Shown piece by piece: positions 38,512 to 56,500 of a DNA stretch of 64,000 bases. Below the pieces are notes generated by a model. It was given only the letters and a program-made list of their open reading frames with translations, searched no databases and was not told where the DNA came from. The translations under genes were made by a program, and so were the position numbers. This DNA comes from Macrostomum lignano (Eukaryota). How positions within the stretch are numbered: position 1 is the first letter of the stretch; every line of letters starts with the position of its first letter. The DNA lies in assembly GCA_002269645.1 (NCBI GenBank), contig NIVC01001157.1, positions 1 to 64,000 on the forward strand. Direction: 5' to 3'.

Positions 38512-41500
38512 CTGACGCAGATACTGATAGTGACGCAGACACTGACGCAGATACTGATAGTGACGCAGACACTGACGCAGATACTGATAGTGACGCAGAC
38601 ACTGACGCAGATACTGATAGTGACGCAGACACTGACGCAGATACTGATAGTGACGCAGACACTGACACAGATACTGAAGTGACGCAGACACTGACGCAGA
38701 TACTGATAGTGACGCAGACACTGACGCAGATACTGATAGTGACGCAGACACTGACACAGATACTGATAGTGACGCAGACACTGACGCAGATACTGATAGT
38801 GACGCAGACACTGACGCAGATACTGATAGTGACGCAGACACTGACACAGATACTGATAGTGACGCAGACACTGACGCAGATACTGATAGTGACGCAGACA
38901 CTGACGCAGATACTGATAGTGACGCAGACACTGACACAGATACTGATAGTGACGCAGACACTGACGCAGATACTGATAGTGACGCAGACACTGACGCAGA
39001 TACTGATAGTGACGCAGACACTGACATAGATACTGATAGTGACGCAGACACTGACGCAGATACTGATAGTGACGCAGACACTGCCAGATACTGATAGTGA
39101 CGCAGACACTGACACAGATACTGATAGTGACGCAGACACTGACGCAGATACTGATAGTGACGCAGACACTGACCAGATACTGATAGTGACGCAGACACTG
39201 CCACAGATACTGATAGTGACGCAGACACTGACGCAGATACTGATAGTGACGCAGACACTGACGCAGATACTGATAGTGACGCAGACACTGACGCAGATAC
39301 TGATAGTGACGCAGACACTGACCAGATACTGATAGTGACGCAGACACTGACGCAGATACTGATAGTGACGCAGACACTGACGCAGATACTGATAGTGACG
39401 CAGACACTGACGCAGATACTGATAGTGACGCAGACACTGACGCAGATACTGATAGTGACGCAGACACTGACGCAGATACTGATAGTGACGCAGACACTGA
39501 CCAGATACTGATAGTGACGCAGACACTGACGCAGATACTGATAGTGACGCAGACACTGACGCAGATACTGATAGTGACGCAGACACTGACGCAGATACTG
39601 ATAGTGACGCAGACACTGACGCAGATACTGATAGTGACGCAGATACTGACGCAGATACTGATAGTGACGCAGACACTGACGCAGATACTGATAGTGACGC
39701 AGACACTGACGCAGATACTGATAGTGACGCAGACACTGACGCAGATACTGATAGTGACGCAGACACTGACGCAGATACTGATAGTGACGCAGACACTGAC
39801 GCAGATACTGATAGTGACGCAGACACTGACGCAGATACTGATAGTGACGCAGACACTGACGCAGATACTGATAGTGACGCAGACACTGACGCAGATACTG
39901 ATAGTGACGCAGACACTGCCATAGATACTGATAGTGACGCAGACACTGACACAGATACTGATAGTGACGCAGACACTGACGCAGATACTGATAGTGACGC
40001 AGACACTGCCATAGATACTGATAGTGACGCAGACACTGACGCAGATACTGATAGTGACGCAGACACTGACGCAGATACTGATAGTGACGCAGACACTGAC
40101 GCAGATACTGATAGTGACGCAGACACTGACGCAGATACTGATAGTGACGCAGACACTGACGCAGATACTGATAGTGACGCAGACACTGACGCAGATACTG
40201 ATAGTGACGCAGACACTGACGCAGATACTGATAGTGACGCAGACACTGACGCAGATACTGATAGTGACGCAGACACTGACGCAGATACTGATAGTGACGC
40301 AGACACTGACGCAGATACTGATAGTGACGCAGACACTGACGCAGATACTGATAGTGACGCAGACACTGACGCAGATACTGATAGTGACGCAGACACTGAC
40401 GCAGATACTGATAGTGACGCAGACACTGACGCAGATACTGATAGTGACGCAGACACTGACGCAGATACTGATAGTGACGCAGACACTGACGCAGATACTG
40501 ATAGTGACGCAGACACTGACGCAGATACTGATAGTGACGCAGACACTGACGCAGATACTGATAGTGACGCAGACACTGACGCAGATACTGATAGTGACGC
40601 AGACACTGACGCAGATACTGATAGTGACGCAGACACTGACCATAGATACTGATAGTGACGCAGACACTGACGCAGATACTGATAGTGACGCAGACACTGA
40701 CGCAGATACTGATAGTGACGCAGACACTGACGCAGATACTGATAGTGACGCAGACACTGCCAGATACTGATAGTGACGCAGACACTGACGCAGATACTGA
40801 TAGTGACGCAGACACTGACGCAGATACTGATAGTGACGCAGACACTGACGCAGATACTGATAGTGACGCAGACACTGACGCAGATACTGATAGTGACGCA
40901 GACTGACTGACGCAGATACTGATAGTGACGCAGACACTGACGCAGATACTGATAGTGACGCAGACACTGACGCAGATACTGATAGTGACGCAGACACTGA
41001 CGCAGATACTGATAGTGACGCAGACACTGACGCAGATACTGATAGTGACGCAGACACTGACGCAGATACTGATAGTGACGCAGACACTGACGCAGATACT
41101 GATAGTGACGCAGACACTGACGCAGATACTGATAGTGACGCAGACACTGACGCAGATACTGATAGTGACGCAGACACTGACGCAGATACTGATAGTGACG
41201 CAGACACTGACAGATACTGATAGTGACGCAGACACTGACGCAGATACTGATAGTGACGCAGACACTGACGCAGATACTGATAGTGACGCAGACACTGACG
41301 CAGATACTGATAGTGACGCAGACACTGACGCAGATACTGATAGTGACGCAGACACTGACGCAGATACTGATAGTGACGCAGACACTGACGCAGATACTGA
41401 TAGTGACGCAGACACTGACCAGATACTGATAGTGACGCAGACACTGACGCAGATACTGATAGTGACGCAGACACTGACGCAGATACTGATAGTGACGCAG

Positions 41501-44500
41501 ACACTGACGCAGATACTGATAGTGACGCAGACACTGACGCAGATACTGATAGTGACGCAGACACTGACGCAGATACTGATAGTGACGCAGACACTGACGC
41601 AGATACTGATAGTGACGCAGACACTGACCAGATACTGATAGTGACGCAGACACTGACGCAGATACTGATAGTGACGCAGACACTGACGCAGATACTGATA
41701 GTGACGCAGACACTGACACAGATACTGATAGTGACGCAGACACTGACGCAGATACTGATAGTGACGCAGACACTGACGCAGATACTGATAGTGACGCAGA
41801 CACTGACGCAGATACTGATAGTGACGCAGACACTGACGCAGATACTGATAGTGACGCAGACACTGACGCAGATACTGATAGTGACGCAGACACTGACGCA
41901 GATACTGATAGTGACGCAGACACTGACACAGATACTGATAGTGACGCAGACACTGACGCAGATACTGATAGTGACGCAGACACTGACGCAGATACTGATA
42001 GTGACGCAGACACTGACGCAGATACTGATAGTGACGCAGACACTGACGCAGATACTGATAGTGACGCAGACACTGACGCAGATACTGATAGTGACGCAGA
42101 CACTGACGCAGATACTGATAGTGACGCAGACACTGACGCAGATACTGATAGTGACGCAGACACTGACGCAGATACTGATAGTGACGCAGACACTGACGCA
42201 GATACTGATAGTGACGCAGACACTGACGCAGATACTGATAGTGACGCAGACACTGACGCAGATACTGATAGTGACGCAGACACTGACGCAGATACTGATA
42301 GTGACGCAGACACTGACGCAGATACTGATAGTGACGCAGACACTGACGCAGATACTGATAGTGACGCAGACACTGACGCAGATACTGATAGTGACGCAGA
42401 CACTGACGCAGATACTGATAGTGACGCAGACACTGACGCAGATACTGATAGTGACGCAGACACTGACGCAGATACTGATAGTGACGCAGACACTGACGCA
42501 GATACTGATAGTGACGCAGACACTGACGCAGATACTGATAGTGACGCAGACACTGACGCAGATACTGATAGTGACGCAGACACTGACGCAGATACTGATA
42601 GTGACGCAGACACTGACGCAGATACTGATAGTGACGCAGACACTGACGCAGATACTGATAGTGACGCAGACACTGACGCAGATACTGATAGTGACGCAGA
42701 CACTGACGCAGATACTGATAGTGACGCAGACACTGACGCAGATACTGATAGTGACGCAGACACTGACGCAGATACTGATAGTGACGCAGACACTGACGCA
42801 GATACTGATAGTGACGCAGACACTGACGCAGATACTGATAGTGACGCAGACACTGACGCAGATACTGATAGTGACGCAGACACTGACGCAGATACTGATA
42901 GTGACGCAGACACTGACGCAGATACTGATAGTGACGCAGACACTGACGCAGATACTGATAGTGACGCAGACACTGACGCAGATACTGATAGTGACGCAGA
43001 CACTGACGCAGATACTGATAGTGACGCAGACACTGACGCAGATACTGATAGTGACGCAGACACTGACGCAGATACTGATAGTGACGCAGACACTGACGCA
43101 GATACTGATAGTGACGCAGACACTGACGCAGATACTGATAGTGACGCAGACACTGACGCAGATACTGATAGTGACGCAGACACTGACGCAGATACTGATA
43201 GTGACGCAGACACTGACGCAGATACTGATAGTGACGCAGACACTGACGCAGATACTGATAGTGACGCAGACACTGACGCAGATACTGATAGTGACGCAGA
43301 CACTGACGCAGATACTGATAGTGACGCAGACACTGACGCAGATACTGATAGTGACGCAGACACTGACGCAGATACTGATAGTGACGCAGACACTGACGCA
43401 GATACTGATAGTGACGCAGACACTGACGCAGATACTGATAGTGACGCAGACACTGACGCAGATACTGATAGTGACGCAGACACTGACGCAGATACTGATA
43501 GTGACGCAGACACTGACGCAGATACTGATAGTGACGCAGACACTGACGCAGATACTGATAGTGACGCAGACACTGACGCAGATACTGATAGTGACGCAGA
43601 CACTGACGCAGATACTGATAGTGACGCAGACACTGACGCAGATACTGATAGTGACGCAGACACTGACGCAGATACTGATAGTGACGCAGACACTGACGCA
43701 GATACTGATAGTGACGCAGACACTGACGCAGATACTGATAGTGACGCAGACACTGACGCAGATACTGATAGTGACGCAGACACTGACGCAGATACTGATA
43801 GTGACGCAGACACTGACGCAGATACTGATAGTGACGCAGACACTGACGCAGATACTGATAGTGACGCAGACACTGACGCAGATACTGATAGTGACGCAGA
43901 CACTGACGCAGATACTGATAGTGACGCAGACACTGACGCAGATACTGATAGTGACGCAGACACTGACGCAGATACTGATAGTGACGCAGACACTGACGCA
44001 GATACTGATAGTGACGCAGACACTGACGCAGATACTGATAGTGACGCAGACACTGACGCAGATACTGATAGTGACGCAGACACTGACGCAGATACTGATA
44101 GTGACGCAGACACTGACGCAGATACTGATAGTGACGCAGACACTGACGCAGATACTGATAGTGACGCAGACACTGACGCAGATACTGATAGTGACGCAGA
44201 CACTGACGCAGATACTGATAGTGACGCAGACACTGACGCAGATACTGATAGTGACGCAGACACTGACGCAGATACTGATAGTGACGCAGACACTGACGCA
44301 GATACTGATAGTGACGCAGACACTGACGCAGATACTGATAGTGACGCAGACACTGACGCAGATACTGATAGTGACGCAGACACTGACGCAGATACTGATA
44401 GTGACGCAGACACTGACGCAGATACTGATAGTGACGCAGACACTGACGCAGATACTGATAGTGACGCAGACACTGACGCAGATACTGATAGTGACGCAGA

Positions 44501-47500
44501 CACTGACGCAGATACTGATAGTGACGCAGACACTGACGCAGATACTGATAGTGACGCAGACACTGACGCAGATACTGATAGTGACGCAGACACTGACGCA
44601 GATACTGATAGTGACGCAGACACTGACGCAGATACTGATAGTGACGCAGACACTGACGCAGATACTGATAGTGACGCAGACACTGACGCAGATACTGATA
44701 GTGACGCAGACACTGACGCAGATACTGATAGTGACGCAGACACTGACGCAGATACTGATAGTGACGCAGACACTGACGCAGATACTGATAGTGACGCAGA
44801 CACTGACGCAGATACTGATAGTGACGCAGACACTGACGCAGATACTGATAGTGACGCAGACACTGACGCAGATACTGATAGTGACGCAGACACTGACGCA
44901 GATACTGATAGTGACGCAGACACTGACGCAGATACTGATAGTGACGCAGACACTGACGCAGATACTGATAGTGACGCAGACACTGACGCAGATACTGATA
45001 GTGACGCAGACACTGACGCAGATACTGATAGTGACGCAGACACTGACGCAGATACTGATAGTGACGCAGACACTGACGCAGATACTGATAGTGACGCAGA
45101 CACTGACGCAGATACTGATAGTGACGCAGACACTGACGCAGATACTGATAGTGACGCAGACACTGACGCAGATACTGATAGTGACGCAGACACTGACGCA
45201 GATACTGATAGTGACGCAGACACTGACGCAGATACTGATAGTGACGCAGACACTGACGCAGATACTGATAGTGACGCAGACACTGACGCAGATACTGATA
45301 GTGACGCAGACACTGACGCAGATACTGATAGTGACGCAGACACTGACGCAGATACTGATAGTGACGCAGACACTGACGCAGATACTGATAGTGACGCAGA
45401 CACTGACGCAGATACTGATAGTGACGCAGACACTGACGCAGATACTGATAGTGACGCAGACACTGACGCAGATACTGATAGTGACGCAGACACTGACGCA
45501 GATACTGATAGTGACGCAGACACTGACGCAGATACTGATAGTGACGCAGACACTGACGCAGATACTGATAGTGACGCAGACACTGACGCAGATACTGATA
45601 GTGACGCAGACACTGACGCAGATACTGATAGTGACGCAGACACTGACGCAGATACTGATAGTGACGCAGACACTGACGCAGATACTGATAGTGACGCAGA
45701 CACTGACGCAGATACTGATAGTGACGCAGACACTGACGCAGATACTGATAGTGACGCAGACACTGACGCAGATACTGATAGTGACGCAGACACTGACGCA
45801 GATACTGATAGTGACGCAGACACTGACGCAGATACTGATAGTGACGCAGACACTGACGCAGATACTGATAGTGACGCAGACACTGACGCAGATACTGATA
45901 GTGACGCAGACACTGACGCAGATACTGATAGTGACGCAGACACTGACGCAGATACTGATAGTGACGCAGACACTGACGCAGATACTGATAGTGACGCAGA
46001 CACTGACGCAGATACTGATAGTGACGCAGACACTGACGCAGATACTGATAGTGACGCAGACACTGACGCAGATACTGATAGTGACGCAGACACTGACGCA
46101 GATACTGATAGTGACGCAGACACTGACGCAGATACTGATAGTGACGCAGACACTGACGCAGATACTGATAGTGACGCAGACACTGACGCAGATACTGATA
46201 GTGACGCAGACACTGACGCAGATACTGATAGTGACGCAGACACTGACGCAGATACTGATAGTGACGCAGACACTGACGCAGATACTGATAGTGACGCAGA
46301 CACTGACGCAGATACTGATAGTGACGCAGACACTGACGCAGATACTGATAGTGACGCAGACACTGACGCAGATACTGATAGTGACGCAGACACTGACGCA
46401 GATACTGATAGTGACGCAGACACTGACGCAGATACTGATAGTGACGCAGACACTGACGCAGATACTGATAGTGACGCAGACACTGACGCAGATACTGATA
46501 GTGACGCAGACACTGACGCAGATACTGATAGTGACGCAGACACTGACGCAGATACTGATAGTGACGCAGACACTGACGCAGATACTGATAGTGACGCAGA
46601 CACTGACGCAGATACTGATAGTGACGCAGACACTGACGCAGATACTGATAGTGACGCAGACACTGACGCAGATACTGATAGTGACGCAGACACTGACGCA
46701 GATACTGATAGTGACGCAGACACTGACGCAGATACTGATAGTGACGCAGACACTGACGCAGATACTGATAGTGACGCAGACACTGACGCAGATACTGATA
46801 GTGACGCAGACACTGACGCAGATACTGATAGTGACGCAGACACTGACGCAGATACTGATAGTGACGCAGACACTGACGCAGATACTGATAGTGACGCAGA
46901 CACTGACGCAGATACTGATAGTGACGCAGACACTGACGCAGATACTGATAGTGACGCAGACACTGACGCAGATACTGATAGTGACGCAGACACTGACGCA
47001 GATACTGATAGTGACGCAGACACTGACGCAGATACTGATAGTGACGCAGACACTGACGCAGATACTGATAGTGACGCAGACACTGACGCAGATACTGATA
47101 GTGACGCAGACACTGACGCAGATACTGATAGTGACGCAGACACTGACGCAGATACTGATAGTGACGCAGACACTGACGCAGATACTGATAGTGACGCAGA
47201 CACTGACGCAGATACTGATAGTGACGCAGACACTGACGCAGATACTGATAGTGACGCAGACACTGACGCAGATACTGATAGTGACGCAGACACTGACGCA
47301 GATACTGATAGTGACGCAGACACTGACGCAGATACTGATAGTGACGCAGACACTGACGCAGATACTGATAGTGACGCAGACACTGACGCAGATACTGATA
47401 GTGACGCAGACACTGACGCAGATACTGATAGTGACGCAGACACTGACGCAGATACTGATAGTGACGCAGACACTGACGCAGATACTGATAGTGACGCAGA

Positions 47501-50500
47501 CACTGACGCAGATACTGATAGTGACGCAGACACTGACGCAGATACTGATAGTGACGCAGACACTGACGCAGATACTGATAGTGACGCAGACACTGACGCA
47601 GATACTGATAGTGACGCAGACACTGACGCAGATACTGATAGTGACGCAGACACTGACGCAGATACTGATAGTGACGCAGACACTGACGCAGATACTGATA
47701 GTGACGCAGACACTGACGCAGATACTGATAGTGACGCAGACACTGACGCAGATACTGATAGTGACGCAGACACTGACGCAGATACTGATAGTGACGCAGA
47801 CACTGACGCAGATACTGATAGTGACGCAGACACTGACGCAGATACTGATAGTGACGCAGACACTGACGCAGATACTGATAGTGACGCAGACACTGACGCA
47901 GATACTGATAGTGACGCAGACACTGACGCAGATACTGATAGTGACGCAGACACTGACGCAGATACTGATAGTGACGCAGACACTGACGCAGATACTGATA
48001 GTGACGCAGACACTGACGCAGATACTGATAGTGACGCAGACACTGACGCAGATACTGATAGTGACGCAGACACTGACGCAGATACTGATAGTGACGCAGA
48101 CACTGACGCAGATACTGATAGTGACGCAGACACTGACGCAGATACTGATAGTGACGCAGACACTGACGCAGATACTGATAGTGACGCAGACACTGACGCA
48201 GATACTGATAGTGACGCAGACACTGACGCAGATACTGATAGTGACGCAGACACTGACGCAGATACTGATAGTGACGCAGACACTGACGCAGATACTGATA
48301 GTGACGCAGACACTGACGCAGATACTGATAGTGACGCAGACACTGACGCAGATACTGATAGTGACGCAGACACTGACGCAGATACTGATAGTGACGCAGA
48401 CACTGACGCAGATACTGATAGTGACGCAGACACTGACGCAGATACTGATAGTGACGCAGACACTGACGCAGATACTGATAGTGACGCAGACACTGACGCA
48501 GATACTGATAGTGACGCAGACACTGACGCAGATACTGATAGTGACGCAGACACTGACGCAGATACTGATAGTGACGCAGACACTGACGCAGATACTGATA
48601 GTGACGCAGACACTGACGCAGATACTGATAGTGACGCAGACACTGACGCAGATACTGATAGTGACGCAGACACTGACGCAGATACTGATAGTGACGCAGA
48701 CACTGACGCAGATACTGATAGTGACGCAGACACTGACGCAGATACTGATAGTGACGCAGACACTGACGCAGATACTGATAGTGACGCAGACACTGACGCA
48801 GATACTGATAGTGACGCAGACACTGACGCAGATACTGATAGTGACGCAGACACTGACGCAGATACTGATAGTGACGCAGACACTGACGCAGATACTGATA
48901 GTGACGCAGACACTGACGCAGATACTGATAGTGACGCAGACACTGACGCAGATACTGATAGTGACGCAGACACTGACGCAGATACTGATAGTGACGCAGA
49001 CACTGACGCAGATACTGATAGTGACGCAGACACTGACGCAGATACTGATAGTGACGCAGACACTGACGCAGATACTGATAGTGACGCAGACACTGACGCA
49101 GATACTGATAGTGACGCAGACACTGACGCAGATACTGATAGTGACGCAGACACTGACGCAGATACTGATAGTGACGCAGACACTGACGCAGATACTGATA
49201 GTGACGCAGACACTGACGCAGATACTGATAGTGACGCAGACACTGACGCAGATACTGATAGTGACGCAGACACTGACGCAGATACTGATAGTGACGCAGA
49301 CACTGACGCAGATACTGATAGTGACGCAGACACTGACGCAGATACTGATAGTGACGCAGACACTGACGCAGATACTGATAGTGACGCAGACACTGACGCA
49401 GATACTGATAGTGACGCAGACACTGACGCAGATACTGATAGTGACGCAGACACTGACGCAGATACTGATAGTGACGCAGACACTGACGCAGATACTGATA
49501 GTGACGCAGACACTGACGCAGATACTGATAGTGACGCAGACACTGACGCAGATACTGATAGTGACGCAGACACTGACGCAGATACTGATAGTGACGCAGA
49601 CACTGACGCAGATACTGATAGTGACGCAGACACTGACGCAGATACTGATAGTGACGCAGACACTGACGCAGATACTGATAGTGACGCAGACACTGACGCA
49701 GATACTGATAGTGACGCAGACACTGACGCAGATACTGATAGTGACGCAGACACTGACGCAGATACTGATAGTGACGCAGACACTGACGCAGATACTGATA
49801 GTGACGCAGACACTGACGCAGATACTGATAGTGACGCAGACACTGACGCAGATACTGATAGTGACGCAGACACTGACGCAGATACTGATAGTGACGCAGA
49901 CACTGACGCAGATACTGATAGTGACGCAGACACTGACGCAGATACTGATAGTGACGCAGACACTGACGCAGATACTGATAGTGACGCAGACACTGACGCA
50001 GATACTGATAGTGACGCAGACACTGACGCAGATACTGATAGTGACGCAGACACTGACGCAGATACTGATAGTGACGCAGACACTGACGCAGATACTGATA
50101 GTGACGCAGACACTGACGCAGATACTGATAGTGACGCAGACACTGACGCAGATACTGATAGTGACGCAGACACTGACGCAGATACTGATAGTGACGCAGA
50201 CACTGACGCAGATACTGATAGTGACGCAGACACTGACGCAGATACTGATAGTGACGCAGACACTGACGCAGATACTGATAGTGACGCAGACACTGACGCA
50301 GATACTGATAGTGACGCAGACACTGACGCAGATACTGATAGTGACGCAGACACTGACGCAGATACTGATAGTGACGCAGACACTGACGCAGATACTGATA
50401 GTGACGCAGACACTGACGCAGATACTGATAGTGACGCAGACACTGACGCAGATACTGATAGTGACGCAGACACTGACGCAGATACTGATAGTGACGCAGA

Positions 50501-53500
50501 CACTGACGCAGATACTGATAGTGACGCAGACACTGACGCAGATACTGATAGTGACGCAGACACTGACGCAGATACTGATAGTGACGCAGACACTGACGCA
50601 GATACTGATAGTGACGCAGACACTGACGCAGATACTGATAGTGACGCAGACACTGACGCAGATACTGATAGTGACGCAGACACTGACGCAGATACTGATA
50701 GTGACGCAGACACTGACGCAGATACTGATAGTGACGCAGACACTGACGCAGATACTGATAGTGACGCAGACACTGACGCAGATACTGATAGTGACGCAGA
50801 CACTGACGCAGATACTGATAGTGACGCAGACACTGACGCAGATACTGATAGTGACGCAGACACTGACGCAGATACTGATAGTGACGCAGACACTGACGCA
50901 GATACTGATAGTGACGCAGACACTGACGCAGATACTGATAGTGACGCAGACACTGACGCAGATACTGATAGTGACGCAGACACTGACGCAGATACTGATA
51001 GTGACGCAGACACTGACGCAGATACTGATAGTGACGCAGACACTGACGCAGATACTGATAGTGACGCAGACACTGACGCAGATACTGATAGTGACGCAGA
51101 CACTGACGCAGATACTGATAGTGACGCAGACACTGACGCAGATACTGATAGTGACGCAGACACTGACGCAGATACTGATAGTGACGCAGACACTGACGCA
51201 GATACTGATAGTGACGCAGACACTGACGCAGATACTGATAGTGACGCAGACACTGACGCAGATACTGATAGTGACGCAGACACTGACGCAGATACTGATA
51301 GTGACGCAGACACTGACGCAGATACTGATAGTGACGCAGACACTGACGCAGATACTGATAGTGACGCAGACACTGACGCAGATACTGATAGTGACGCAGA
51401 CACTGACGCAGATACTGATAGTGACGCAGACACTGACGCAGATACTGATAGTGACGCAGACACTGACGCAGATACTGATAGTGACGCAGACACTGACGCA
51501 GATACTGATAGTGACGCAGACACTGACGCAGATACTGATAGTGACGCAGACACTGACGCAGATACTGATAGTGACGCAGACACTGACGCAGATACTGATA
51601 GTGACGCAGACACTGACGCAGATACTGATAGTGACGCAGACACTGACGCAGATACTGATAGTGACGCAGACACTGACGCAGATACTGATAGTGACGCAGA
51701 CACTGACGCAGATACTGATAGTGACGCAGACACTGACGCAGATACTGATAGTGACGCAGACACTGACGCAGATACTGATAGTGACGCAGACACTGACGCA
51801 GATACTGATAGTGACGCAGACACTGACGCAGATACTGATAGTGACGCAGACACTGACGCAGATACTGATAGTGACGCAGACACTGACGCAGATACTGATA
51901 GTGACGCAGACACTGACGCAGATACTGATAGTGACGCAGACACTGACGCAGATACTGATAGTGACGCAGACACTGACGCAGATACTGATAGTGACGCAGA
52001 CACTGACGCAGATACTGATAGTGACGCAGACACTGACGCAGATACTGATAGTGACGCAGACACTGACGCAGATACTGATAGTGACGCAGACACTGACGCA
52101 GATACTGATAGTGACGCAGACACTGACGCAGATACTGATAGTGACGCAGACACTGACGCAGATACTGATAGTGACGCAGACACTGACGCAGATACTGATA
52201 GTGACGCAGACACTGACGCAGATACTGATAGTGACGCAGACACTGACGCAGATACTGATAGTGACGCAGACACTGACGCAGATACTGATAGTGACGCAGA
52301 CACTGACGCAGATACTGATAGTGACGCAGACACTGACGCAGATACTGATAGTGACGCAGACACTGACGCAGATACTGATAGTGACGCAGACACTGACGCA
52401 GATACTGATAGTGACGCAGACACTGACGCAGATACTGATAGTGACGCAGACACTGACGCAGATACTGATAGTGACGCAGACACTGACGCAGATACTGATA
52501 GTGACGCAGACACTGACGCAGATACTGATAGTGACGCAGACACTGACGCAGATACTGATAGTGACGCAGACACTGACGCAGATACTGATAGTGACGCAGA
52601 CACTGACGCAGATACTGATAGTGACGCAGACACTGACGCAGATACTGATAGTGACGCAGACACTGACGCAGATACTGATAGTGACGCAGACACTGACGCA
52701 GATACTGATAGTGACGCAGACACTGACGCAGATACTGATAGTGACGCAGACACTGACGCAGATACTGATAGTGACGCAGACACTGACGCAGATACTGATA
52801 GTGACGCAGACACTGACGCAGATACTGATAGTGACGCAGACACTGACGCAGATACTGATAGTGACGCAGACACTGACGCAGATACTGATAGTGACGCAGA
52901 CACTGACGCAGATACTGATAGTGACGCAGACACTGACGCAGATACTGATAGTGACGCAGACACTGACGCAGATACTGATAGTGACGCAGACACTGACGCA
53001 GATACTGATAGTGACGCAGACACTGACGCAGATACTGATAGTGACGCAGACACTGACGCAGATACTGATAGTGACGCAGACACTGACGCAGATACTGATA
53101 GTGACGCAGACACTGACGCAGATACTGATAGTGACGCAGACACTGACGCAGATACTGATAGTGACGCAGACACTGACGCAGATACTGATAGTGACGCAGA
53201 CACTGACGCAGATACTGATAGTGACGCAGACACTGACGCAGATACTGATAGTGACGCAGACACTGACGCAGATACTGATAGTGACGCAGACACTGACGCA
53301 GATACTGATAGTGACGCAGACACTGACGCAGATACTGATAGTGACGCAGACACTGACGCAGATACTGATAGTGACGCAGACACTGACGCAGATACTGATA
53401 GTGACGCAGACACTGACGCAGATACTGATAGTGACGCAGACACTGACGCAGATACTGATAGTGACGCAGACACTGACGCAGATACTGATAGTGACGCAGA

Positions 53501-56500
53501 CACTGACGCAGATACTGATAGTGACGCAGACACTGACGCAGATACTGATAGTGACGCAGACACTGACGCAGATACTGATAGTGACGCAGACACTGACGCA
53601 GATACTGATAGTGACGCAGACACTGACGCAGATACTGATAGTGACGCAGACACTGACGCAGATACTGATAGTGACGCAGACACTGACGCAGATACTGATA
53701 GTGACGCAGACACTGACGCAGATACTGATAGTGACGCAGACACTGACGCAGATACTGATAGTGACGCAGACACTGACGCAGATACTGATAGTGACGCAGA
53801 CACTGACGCAGATACTGATAGTGACGCAGACACTGACGCAGATACTGATAGTGACGCAGACACTGACGCAGATACTGATAGTGACGCAGACACTGACGCA
53901 GATACTGATAGTGACGCAGACACTGACGCAGATACTGATAGTGACGCAGACACTGACGCAGATACTGATAGTGACGCAGACACTGACGCAGATACTGATA
54001 GTGACGCAGACACTGACGCAGATACTGATAGTGACGCAGACACTGACGCAGATACTGATAGTGACGCAGACACTGACGCAGATACTGATAGTGACGCAGA
54101 CACTGACGCAGATACTGATAGTGACGCAGACACTGACGCAGATACTGATAGTGACGCAGACACTGACGCAGATACTGATAGTGACGCAGACACTGACGCA
54201 GATACTGATAGTGACGCAGACACTGACGCAGATACTGATAGTGACGCAGACACTGACGCAGATACTGATAGTGACGCAGACACTGACGCAGATACTGATA
54301 GTGACGCAGACACTGACGCAGATACTGATAGTGACGCAGACACTGACGCAGATACTGATAGTGACGCAGACACTGACGCAGATACTGATAGTGACGCAGA
54401 CACTGACGCAGATACTGATAGTGACGCAGACACTGACGCAGATACTGATAGTGACGCAGACACTGACGCAGATACTGATAGTGACGCAGACACTGACGCA
54501 GATACTGATAGTGACGCAGACACTGACGCAGATACTGATAGTGACGCAGACACTGACGCAGATACTGATAGTGACGCAGACACTGACGCAGATACTGATA
54601 GTGACGCAGACACTGACGCAGATACTGATAGTGACGCAGACACTGACGCAGATACTGATAGTGACGCAGACACTGACGCAGATACTGATAGTGACGCAGA
54701 CACTGACGCAGATACTGATAGTGACGCAGACACTGACGCAGATACTGATAGTGACGCAGACACTGACGCAGATACTGATAGTGACGCAGACACTGACGCA
54801 GATACTGATAGTGACGCAGACACTGACGCAGATACTGATAGTGACGCAGACACTGACGCAGATACTGATAGTGACGCAGACACTGACGCAGATACTGATA
54901 GTGACGCAGACACTGACGCAGATACTGATAGTGACGCAGACACTGACGCAGATACTGATAGTGACGCAGACACTGACGCAGATACTGATAGTGACGCAGA
55001 CACTGACGCAGATACTGATAGTGACGCAGACACTGACGCAGATACTGATAGTGACGCAGACACTGACGCAGATACTGATAGTGACGCAGACACTGACGCA
55101 GATACTGATAGTGACGCAGACACTGACGCAGATACTGATAGTGACGCAGACACTGACGCAGATACTGATAGTGACGCAGACACTGACGCAGATACTGATA
55201 GTGACGCAGACACTGACGCAGATACTGATAGTGACGCAGACACTGACGCAGATACTGATAGTGACGCAGACACTGACGCAGATACTGATAGTGACGCAGA
55301 CACTGACGCAGATACTGATAGTGACGCAGACACTGACGCAGATACTGATAGTGACGCAGACACTGACGCAGATACTGATAGTGACGCAGACACTGACGCA
55401 GATACTGATAGTGACGCAGACACTGACGCAGATACTGATAGTGACGCAGACACTGACGCAGATACTGATAGTGACGCAGACACTGACGCAGATACTGATA
55501 GTGACGCAGACACTGACGCAGATACTGATAGTGACGCAGACACTGACGCAGATACTGATAGTGACGCAGACACTGACGCAGATACTGATAGTGACGCAGA
55601 CACTGACGCAGATACTGATAGTGACGCAGACACTGACGCAGATACTGATAGTGACGCAGACACTGACGCAGATACTGATAGTGACGCAGACACTGACGCA
55701 GATACTGATAGTGACGCAGACACTGACGCAGATACTGATAGTGACGCAGACACTGACGCAGATACTGATAGTGACGCAGACACTGACGCAGATACTGATA
55801 GTGACGCAGACACTGACGCAGATACTGATAGTGACGCAGACACTGACGCAGATACTGATAGTGACGCAGACACTGACGCAGATACTGATAGTGACGCAGA
55901 CACTGACGCAGATACTGATAGTGACGCAGACACTGACGCAGATACTGATAGTGACGCAGACACTGACGCAGATACTGATAGTGACGCAGACACTGACGCA
56001 GATACTGATAGTGACGCAGACACTGACGCAGATACTGATAGTGACGCAGACACTGACGCAGATACTGATAGTGACGCAGACACTGACGCAGATACTGATA
56101 GTGACGCAGACACTGACGCAGATACTGATAGTGACGCAGACACTGACGCAGATACTGATAGTGACGCAGACACTGACGCAGATACTGATAGTGACGCAGA
56201 CACTGACGCAGATACTGATAGTGACGCAGACACTGACGCAGATACTGATAGTGACGCAGACACTGACGCAGATACTGATAGTGACGCAGACACTGACGCA
56301 GATACTGATAGTGACGCAGACACTGACGCAGATACTGATAGTGACGCAGACACTGACGCAGATACTGATAGTGACGCAGACACTGACGCAGATACTGATA
56401 GTGACGCAGACACTGACGCAGATACTGATAGTGACGCAGACACTGACGCAGATACTGATAGTGACGCAGACACTGACGCAGATACTGATAGTGACGCAGA